NCBI GenBank assembly: GCA_964566535.1
Contig: CAZMIO010000001.1
Span: 247,751-311,750, forward strand
Length of the DNA stretch: 64,000 bases
Reading direction: 5' to 3'
Origin: an uncultured Methanosarcinales archaeon
Lineage (GTDB): Archaea; Nanobdellota; Nanobdellia; Woesearchaeales; CAZOXR01
Positions within the stretch are counted from its first letter, which is position 1, and each line of letters starts with the position of its first letter. The translations under genes and the position numbers were made by a program. Positions 57,617 to 64,000 of this stretch are shown here, piece after piece. Below the pieces are notes generated by a model, which was not told the origin of the DNA, ran no database searches, and saw only the letters and a list, made by a program, of their open reading frames with translations.

Positions 57617-58879
57617 CTATTTAAACCTTACTTCTATTGACTTTCTGTGTGCATCTAGGCCTTCTGTTTTTGCTATTGTGGTTATTGTTTCTTTTAGGCT
57701 GTTTAATGCTTCTTTTGTTAAGTGTTGGAATGAAGGTGTTTTTATGAAATCTAGGGTGCTTAATCCTGCCCTGCTTTTTGCAAATTGTCCTGTTGGTAGG
57801 ACGTGGTTGTTTATAGCATAGTCTCCTACTGCTTCTGCGCTGTAGGGGCCTAGGAATATTGCTCCTGCGTTGTTTACTTTTTTTAGTAGCTCTTGGTCGT
57901 CGCTTATGATTTCTAGGTGTTCAGGAGCAAAATCATTGATCAAATCGAATGCTTGGTCTATATTGTCTGCTATGATTATTGCTCCGTAAGTGTTGATTGA
58001 TTTTGAGGCTATTGTGGATGTTGATAGGTTGTTTAATTGTGATTTGACTTCGTCTTTTACTTTTTCTGCTAGTTCTTTGTTTGTTGTTACTAGTATGCTT
58101 GATGCTAAGACATCGTGTTCTGCTTGTGAGATAAGGTCAGCTGCGATTATTTTTTCATCTCCTTGTTCTGCGAATATCATTATCTCTGAAGGGCCTGCTA
58201 GGAAATCTAATCCTACATCTCCGTAGACTAGTTTTTTTGCTGCTGTTACAAAGATATTTCCTGGACCAACTATTTTGTTAACTTTTGGAATTGTTTCTGT
58301 TCCGTAGGCCATTGCTGCAATTGCTTGTGCGCCACCTACTCTGAATATTTTGTCTGCTCCTGCTATGTCTGCTGCTACGATTATTGTGTCAATGTTTTCC
58401 TTTGGTGGAGTGCAGACAATTATTTCTTTAACTCCTGCTACTTTTGCTGGGATTACTGTCATTAAAGCAGTTGATGGTAAGGGGAAGTTTCCTCCAGGTA
58501 CGTAGCATCCTACGCTGTCAAGAGGTCTTATTAATTGTCCAACAGTTATCCCTTTTCTTATCTGCTTTTTCCACTCTTTTGGTAATTGTAATTCTGCGCA
58601 CTGTTTGATTGTTTCTTTTGCTTGCTTTATTGCTTTTATGATGTTTTTGTCAACTTTTTTGTATGCTTTTTCAATTTCTTGTTTTGAGACTTGAATTTGG
58701 CTTTTTGTTAATTCTGCTGAATCGAATTTTTTGGAGTAGTTAATTAGTGATTTATCTTTGAATGTTTTTACGTCCTTAATTATTGGTTTTACTTTATTTA
58801 GAGCTAACTCTAAGTTTTCTTTTGATCTTTGCTTTATTTTTTCTATTTCTTGTTTGTCTTTTGAGGTTATTATGTTCAT
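57617..58879 (-). CDS. hisD: Histidinol dehydrogenase
   Basis: YVPGG, GGAQAIAAMAYG, GPGN.FV.AK, AGPSE, SQAEHD, APEHL, NHVLPT. Confidence 0.96.
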   Translation of the reverse strand: MNIITSKDKQEIEKIKQRSKENLELALNKVKPIIKDVKTFKDKSLINYSKKFDSAELTKSQIQVSKQEIEKAYKKVDKNIIKAIKQAKETIKQCAELQLPKEWKKQIRKGITVGQLIRPLDSVGCYVPGGNFPLPSTALMTVIPAKVAGVKEIIVCTPPKENIDTIIVAADIAGADKIFRVGGAQAIAAMAYGTETIPKVNKIVGPGNIFVTAAKKLVYGDVGLDFLAGPSEIMIFAEQGDEKIIAADLISQAEHDVLASSILVTTNKELAEKVKDEVKSQLNNLSTSTIASKSINTYGAIIIADNIDQAFDLINDFAPEHLEIISDDQELLKKVNNAGAIFLGPYSAEAVGDYAINNHVLPTGQFAKSRAGLSTLDFIKTPSFQHLTKEALNSLKETITTIAKTEGLDAHRKSIEVRFK

Positions 58880-59478
58880 TTTCTTTTTTTATAACGTCCT
58901 CTGGTTTCTACTACTTCTAGTCTTTTTAAAACTTCCTTTCCTTTCTCTGATTCTTTTTGGTATGTTTTTATTATTGTGTTGAAGGATTTTTCCCAGATTT
59001 TGTGATGTTTTGATTCTAATGCTTGTCTTAATAGGTGTAGGTCAATTGCCATGTCTTCTACTTTGTATGAGGTGAATGATAAGCCGAAATCTATGAAGTA
59101 TATTTGGTCTTGGTATATCATGTTTGAGGTTGTTAGGTCTCCGTGGATTAAGTTGTTATTGTGTAGGGTTGCTACTTTTTTTCCAATTTCTTCTGAAAGT
59201 TTGATGTAATTGCCTTTTTCTAAGACGTCTTTTAGTTCTTCCCCTTTTAGGTATTCCATCTCTAATGTTTGTTTGTCATCTGAGGATATTAGTTTAGGGG
59301 CTGGGAAACTGATAAGGTTAAGTTTGTCAAGGATTTTTGCTTCTTTTTTTGTTCTTGACTTTCTTAGTTTGTTATCTATTTCTTCTATCCTGTATGTTTT
59401 CCTGAATCTGTCTTTAGTTATTGTGCTTTTTTCTAGGAAAATCTTTGCTTCTGCTCCTTGTGAAATTAACTTTTTCAT
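58876..59478 (-). CDS. bud32: KEOPS complex kinase Bud32
   Basis: QGAEA, HGDLTTSN, IDFGL, EDMAIDL, RGRY. Confidence 0.93.
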   Translation of the reverse strand: MKKLISQGAEAKIFLEKSTITKDRFRKTYRIEEIDNKLRKSRTKKEAKILDKLNLISFPAPKLISSDDKQTLEMEYLKGEELKDVLEKGNYIKLSEEIGKKVATLHNNNLIHGDLTTSNMIYQDQIYFIDFGLSFTSYKVEDMAIDLHLLRQALESKHHKIWEKSFNTIIKTYQKESEKGKEVLKRLEVVETRGRYKKRK

Positions 59479-59562
59479 GATAGATTATAGAATTCTTGGA
59501 TGTTTTTAATCTTTTGTATTTTGGGAAAGTTTTTAAATGTGATTTTAATACTTTTATGTTAT

Positions 59563-59716
59563 AGCCCTATAGTCTAGTGGTCAAGGATAAGAGGTTCTGG
59601 GCCTTTTGGCGGCAGTTCGAACGACTGATTACGCTCGGTCGACACGCAAGGTGCGGCATAAAGCCCCACGTGCTCGCTAAACGCTCGCAATCAGTGCGAA
59701 AGTCTGCCTAGGGCTA
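59563..59716 (+). tRNA. tRNA-Gln(CTG) with 81-nt intron at position 59/60 (59622-59702)
   Basis: Acceptor AGCCCTA/TAGGGCT with A73; anticodon arm AGAGG-TT-CTG-GG-CCTTT; T arm GGCAG-TTCGAA|T-CTGCC; BHB with central TTCG/CGAA; TATA at ~59531-59538. Confidence 0.88.
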
Positions 59717-60253
59717 TTTTTCCTTCTTGTAAGTTCCCATCAATTCAGCTTTTGCTAGGGTATGTTTTTCTATCTTTTCTAAGAAGTTGTCTTTTGTCAC
59801 GTCTGTTAATGATTCTATGTCTAATGCGTAGAGCTTGAAGAAATACCTGTGAGTTCCTGTTGGTGGACATGGACCTCCGTACTCTTCTTTTCCTAAATCA
59901 TTTGTAACTTGTTTACCTGGAACTGAGTTTTGAGGTATCTGCGCTACATCTGCTGGAATGTCATAAACTAACCAGTGTGTCCATGTACTGGTTGGAGCAT
60001 CTGGGTCATCTACAATTAATGCGAAGCTTTTTGTTTCCGATGGTGCGTCTTCCCACTTTAAATGTGGATTTTTATTTGTACCCTGACATGTAAAATCTTT
60101 CGGGATTTGATCTTCATTCTCAAAGTCTTTGCTTGTTAGTATCATAGTTTTGGCCTCCTGTTGGATTGTGATTGGTTCGTTGGTATTGGTTTGTTCGGTT
60201 GAACAAGATGTTAAAAACAGCACTAGTATTGCAGTTAATAAAATTTTATTCAT
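59714..60253 (-). CDS. YbhB/YbcL (PEBP family) protein with lipoprotein signal
   Basis: FLTSC lipobox; DDPDAP..WTHW, YGGPCPP.G.HRYFF.LYALD. Confidence 0.9.
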   Translation of the reverse strand: MNKILLTAILVLFLTSCSTEQTNTNEPITIQQEAKTMILTSKDFENEDQIPKDFTCQGTNKNPHLKWEDAPSETKSFALIVDDPDAPTSTWTHWLVYDIPADVAQIPQNSVPGKQVTNDLGKEEYGGPCPPTGTHRYFFKLYALDIESLTDVTKDNFLEKIEKHTLAKAELMGTYKKEK

Positions 60254-60288
60254 ATAAGTATAATTTAGATGATGGTTAATAAATATTA

Positions 60289-61212
60289 CTATTCAGAACT
60301 AGGAGCTTCTTCGGATTTTGGTTCTGTTCCTGAGCTTTCTTCTACTGGTGATTGTTCTGGTTTTTCTTCTGGTTTTTCTTCTACTGGTTCAGCTTCTTTT
60401 TTCTCTTCTTTTTCTGATCTTTGAGAATCTTTAGGCTTGTCTGAAATCGAAGATTTCTGAGCATGCTCAGAAAAGCTTCGCTTTTCTGACATCTCTAACC
60501 CTTTCTCGTTTTCACTCGAAAGTTTTGATTCTTCTTTTGTCTCTTCTTGTTTCTCTTCTGCTGGCTTGGTCTCTTTTGGTTCTTCGTTATCTTCAACTAT
60601 CTCAACTTCTTCTTCTAATCCTTCAATCTTTCTTAGTTCTTCAATTGCTAGGTACCTTATTTCACAGATACCTAAAGGATAAATCTTTCTTAAGTGTGAT
60701 TTTAAGAAACTTTGAAGTTTGTGAGAAACTAGACCGTTTAAAATGTCTTCATAACTTGATTTCTTTAAGGTTTTAGTCAAGAAATCAACTGTCTCTTTTC
60801 TTAAACTTGTTTCAGTAGAACCTTTTGTGGTGATCTTGATTAATAGGATTGGCTTAACTCTTATTCTCTTGTTATCTGATGTGTGGCAAATGAATGAGAT
60901 GTCCACCCGTTTTTTACCCTTTCTGATAAGTCTCTTTAGAGAAGCAGGGATTATTTCATAACCTATAATTTCAGTTAATGCTTTATCTTCTTTAATTGAT
61001 TTTATCTGGAATTTGATGTTGATGTTTTGTTTTTTTGAATCATTAATAAGATTCATTAGATTTACGCTTACAGTTTTACCAATAAGTTCGTTTGGTTCGT
61101 TGGCTAGTGTTTCCCCTAGTGGATTCTCCCTAAGTAGCTTAGGTGCAATAATCTGGAACCATTTCTTATGCTTTACTTTTAATATTTTCTTCTCTTCTTT
61201 AGTTTCTGCCAT
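60289..61212 (-). CDS. rps3ae: 30S ribosomal protein eS1 (S3Ae) with Glu/Lys-rich C-terminal tail
   Basis: KKWFQIIAP, LGET.A..P..LIG, KIYPL..CEIR; long acidic tail. Confidence 0.9.
   Translation of the reverse strand: MAETKEEKKILKVKHKKWFQIIAPKLLRENPLGETLANEPNELIGKTVSVNLMNLINDSKKQNINIKFQIKSIKEDKALTEIIGYEIIPASLKRLIRKGKKRVDISFICHTSDNKRIRVKPILLIKITTKGSTETSLRKETVDFLTKTLKKSSYEDILNGLVSHKLQSFLKSHLRKIYPLGICEIRYLAIEELRKIEGLEEEVEIVEDNEEPKETKPAEEKQEETKEESKLSSENEKGLEMSEKRSFSEHAQKSSISDKPKDSQRSEKEEKKEAEPVEEKPEEKPEQSPVEESSGTEPKSEEAPSSE
60438..60491. repeat. Double-hairpin palindromic mini-element, copy 4 (54 bp, in-frame in rps3ae)
   Basis: TGTCTGAAATCGAAGATTTCTGA-GCATGC-TCAGAAAAGCTTCGCTTTTCTGACA; encodes MSEKRSFSEHAQKSSISDK. 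Confidence 0.88.
60501..60522 (-). repeat. Tandem-GA mini-hairpin inside rps3ae
   Basis: Minus strand CTTTC-GA-GT-GAAA-AC-GA-GAAAG. Confidence 0.5.
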
Positions 61213-61321
61213 CTGGGTAGTGAAAATTAGGAGCATTTAAAAACTTTTCCTTCTTGGCTGAAAAAACAAAACATAAGTTATATAAATGGAGGGGGGTTAA
61301 AATCGATTTAGGGGGAGAAAT

Positions 61322-62317
61322 ATGAACGTACCTGAATGGTTTGAGAAGTACAGATTTAAGGCTTCTAGTTTTTCAAATATTAAGAGATTGGTTGAGCTTA
61401 AAAATAAGCAGAAGCAAGTTATTAGTCTAATTATCCCCACTTTAAATGAAGCTGATACTATTGGAAAGGTTATTTCTGTCCTTAAGAGTAATTTAATGGA
61501 TAAACATGGACTAATTGATGAGATAATTGTTATGGATTCTGGAAGTACTGATGAGACTTTAGACATTGCAAAGAAGCATGGAGTAATTGCTATTGCGGCT
61601 TCTGAGGTTCTAAAAAAACAAGGAGATTTCAGAGGTAAGGGAGAAAATCTTTGGAAGGCTCTGCATGTTGCTAAAGGAACTATTGTCTGCTGGGTTGATG
61701 CTGATATTAAGAATATTCATCCGAGGTTTGTTTATGGGTTGGTTGGGCCTTTATTGACAAATGATAAACTTAAGTTTGTTAAACCATTCTACAAAAGACC
61801 AATCAAAATTGGTGATAAATTAGAGTCATTAGGTGGTGGCAGAGTAACTGAGTTGTTGATAAGGCCATTGTTTAATATGTACTTTCCTCGGTTAGCCGGT
61901 TTTATTCAGCCTTTAAGTGGGGAAGGTGCTGGAAGGAGAACTGCTTTTGAGAAGATACCTTATTTTACAGGATATGGTGTTGAAACAGCTATGCTTATTG
62001 ATATGAGGAAGAAGTTTGGATTAAGGGCTATGGCTCAAGTTGATTTACTTCGGAGAGTTCATAGGAATCAGAGTTTAGCTAGTTTGAGTAGGATGGCGTT
62101 TGCAATTTTAGGTGTTTTTGCTAAGAGAGCTAATACTCTTGGGAAATTGATACATGTTGGGAGTATTAAGACTATATATAAAATCATTACAACTGATAAA
62201 GAAAGTAGGTATTATCTTAAACATATGAAGATAATTGATAAACAAAGGCCTCCAATAATTACTATACCTGAGTATAGAAGAAAGTTTAAGAAGAATCCTT
62301 CGTGGATGGCACTTTAG
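61322..62317 (+). CDS. gpgS: Glucosyl-3-phosphoglycerate synthase (GT81)
   Basis: IPTLNE, DSGSTD, GKGENLW, DAD, GGGRVTEL..RP, QPLSGE, GYGVE, RVHRNQ. Confidence 0.88.
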   Translation: MNVPEWFEKYRFKASSFSNIKRLVELKNKQKQVISLIIPTLNEADTIGKVISVLKSNLMDKHGLIDEIIVMDSGSTDETLDIAKKHGVIAIAASEVLKKQGDFRGKGENLWKALHVAKGTIVCWVDADIKNIHPRFVYGLVGPLLTNDKLKFVKPFYKRPIKIGDKLESLGGGRVTELLIRPLFNMYFPRLAGFIQPLSGEGAGRRTAFEKIPYFTGYGVETAMLIDMRKKFGLRAMAQVDLLRRVHRNQSLASLSRMAFAILGVFAKRANTLGKLIHVGSIKTIYKIITTDKESRYYLKHMKIIDKQRPPIITIPEYRRKFKKNPSWMAL

Positions 62318-62336
62318 AGAAAAAAGAAGAGGTAAG

Positions 62337-63590
62337 ATGGTGATAAGGAACCTTAAGAAGTTGGGTTCTAGCTCTTTACGGAAGAAAGGGTTAGAGATAA
62401 TTAATTCTGGATTAGATGCAATTAATACTGAGAGGATTATTAGGGATAAAGTTAACTTGAAGAATAATAATTTAATTGTTAAAAACTTTAAGAATAAAAT
62501 TAGGAAAATAAATCTTAAGAAATATAAGAGAATAGTTGTGGTTGGTTTTGGTAAGGCTTCTTCTTTGATGGGGAAGGAGTTGGAGAGGATAATGGGTGGG
62601 AAGATTGATGATGGGATTATAATTTCTACTAAGAAGATTAGGTTGAAGAAGATAAAAGTTATTAGAGGGACTCATCCTGTGCCTACTTTGGGGAATGTTA
62701 AGGGTACTAAGAAGATTGTTGAGTTGGTTAAGGGGTTAAGTGAGGATGATTTGGTTATTTGTTTGGTGTCTGGTGGAGGTTCTGCTTTACTTTGTTATCC
62801 GAATATTGGTTTTGAGAAGTATTTGAGTTCTGTGAATAAGCATTTTAGTTCTGGGATTGATATTAATAGGTTGAATATGATTCGTAAGGGATTGTCTAAT
62901 GTTAAGAGTGGGAAGTTGGCTAAATTAACTAAGGCTAAGATTGTTTCTTTGATTTTTTCTGATGTTGTTGGTGACTCCCTTAGTACAATTGCATCTGGAC
63001 CAACTGTTGGTAAGGGTTTAGGGAATGTTGATAATATCTTGTTGTTGAATAATACGGTTGCGCTTGAGGGTATGAGGAAGAAGGCGTTGTTGTTGGGTTT
63101 TAAGCCGGTTGTTTTGACTAATACTTTGAAGGGTGAGGCAAAATTAGTTGGAAAAAATTTAATTAAAAAAATAATCAATAAAAAAATACCATTAAATGAA
63201 AGATCTAATAAATCGTTAGAAAATAAGAAAATAAGAAAAAGTAATGGAATTGCTTATTTGTTTGCTGGTGAGACTACGGTTACGGTTAGAGGTAAGGGGA
63301 AAGGGGGTAGGTGTCAGGAGTTGTGTTTAGGTGCTATACCTGAGATTTCTAAGTTGGATGATTCTGTTTTGATTTGTATTGGTTCTGATGGTATTGATGG
63401 GCCTACTGATACTGCTGGTGCTGTTGTTGATGGTAAGTCTCTTGAGAAGGCTAATCGGTTAGGGTTGGATGTTAATAGGGCTCTTAGGGAGAATAGTAGT
63501 TATGCTTTTTTTAAGAAGATGGATGATTTAGTTTTTACTGGTTTGACTGGTAGTAATGTTGCTGATATTGGGGTTGTTATTAAGTTATAG
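62337..63590 (+). CDS. Glycerate 2-kinase (MOFRL family)
   Basis: GFGKAS, THP.P, SGGGSAL, SDVVGD..IASGP, GETTV, GGR.QE, SDGIDGPT, TGSNVAD. Confidence 0.88.
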   Translation: MVIRNLKKLGSSSLRKKGLEIINSGLDAINTERIIRDKVNLKNNNLIVKNFKNKIRKINLKKYKRIVVVGFGKASSLMGKELERIMGGKIDDGIIISTKKIRLKKIKVIRGTHPVPTLGNVKGTKKIVELVKGLSEDDLVICLVSGGGSALLCYPNIGFEKYLSSVNKHFSSGIDINRLNMIRKGLSNVKSGKLAKLTKAKIVSLIFSDVVGDSLSTIASGPTVGKGLGNVDNILLLNNTVALEGMRKKALLLGFKPVVLTNTLKGEAKLVGKNLIKKIINKKIPLNERSNKSLENKKIRKSNGIAYLFAGETTVTVRGKGKGGRCQELCLGAIPEISKLDDSVLICIGSDGIDGPTDTAGAVVDGKSLEKANRLGLDVNRALRENSSYAFFKKMDDLVFTGLTGSNVADIGVVIKL

Positions 63591-64000
63591 TCTATCTAAA
63601 AGGTAGTGGCGCTGTTTGAAGAATTCTTTTGCTTGGTTTTGTACAAAGATATCTGCTTTTTCTGTATTCATGTCAATTGTATCATTGATGAATGAGTAGA
63701 TACGTGCAAACCATAATGGGGTAAATGATTGAAGTATTTCTGAGGAGTTTGATTCATATTTTTTATATGTAATGATATAGTCGTAAACAATTTTTGTCCA
63801 TAATTCTTGAGGTAGGTAGACTTTGTTATGATAGGCGCATCCCCATACTTTTGCGAAGTCTTCTTTTGATATGCACTTTTTGATTAAGTCTTTGTGCTTA
63901 GCAAAGCCGCTGATGAATCTTTTTTTGGTGCTTTCAATATCAACATAAAATTCTTCTGGAGCTACTTTTTTAGAGTTTCCCAAGAGAGGTACTTTTTTTA
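63585..64000 (-). CDS. 3' end of a glycosyltransferase, probably glucosylglycerate synthase-like (runs off window)
   Basis: LWTKIVYDY..PLWFARIYSF..QAKEF.K..YL resembles the C-terminus of Ggs-type GT2 enzymes; sits next to gpgS and glycerate kinase. Confidence 0.5.
   Translation of the reverse strand, partial: KKVPLLGNSKKVAPEEFYVDIESTKKRFISGFAKHKDLIKKCISKEDFAKVWGCAYHNKVYLPQELWTKIVYDYIITYKKYESNSSEILQSFTPLWFARIYSFINDTIDMNTEKADIFVQNQAKEFFKQRHYLLDRL

Overview
64-kb, AT-rich, gene-dense window from an archaeal chromosome. Markers are an S-layer protein, GINS, class I CCA enzyme, TFS, eS1/eS8/uS15, archaeal GAPDH, RbkR and Bud32. TATA boxes usually sit ~25-30 nt before leaderless starts. Gene content best fits a DPANN archaeon, probably Woesearchaeota (inference), that is unusually rich metabolically: MEP isoprenoid genes (IspD-IspF and IspE-IspH fusions) beside prenyl-tailoring enzymes, riboflavin, histidine, gluconeogenic and glucosylglycerate genes, and bacterial-type LspA and DUF368/PAP2. 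The most novel signals are non-coding. (1) A four-copy family of double-hairpin palindromic mini-elements (TTGTCNRRAA..TTYTGA-RCATRC-TCAGAA..TTCTGAYAT) with variable loop cargo, one copy inserted in-frame in ribosomal protein eS1. (2) A tRNA whose anticodon is split by a 35/36 BHB intron and which becomes tRNA-Tyr after two splicings, followed by a free LAGLIDADG ORF. (3) tRNA-Gln with an 81-nt T-loop intron of element-like structure. (4) A GU-supported three-way-junction RNA with a degenerate hammerhead-like core. (5) A multi-hairpin rps15 leader with possible kissing loops. Also found: several unannotated small ORFs, a convergent RelE/antitoxin pair, an RHH-nucleotidyltransferase fusion with a candidate operator, and a dispersed class of Lys-poor orphan genes. 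All calls come from motif recognition by eye; no searches were run.
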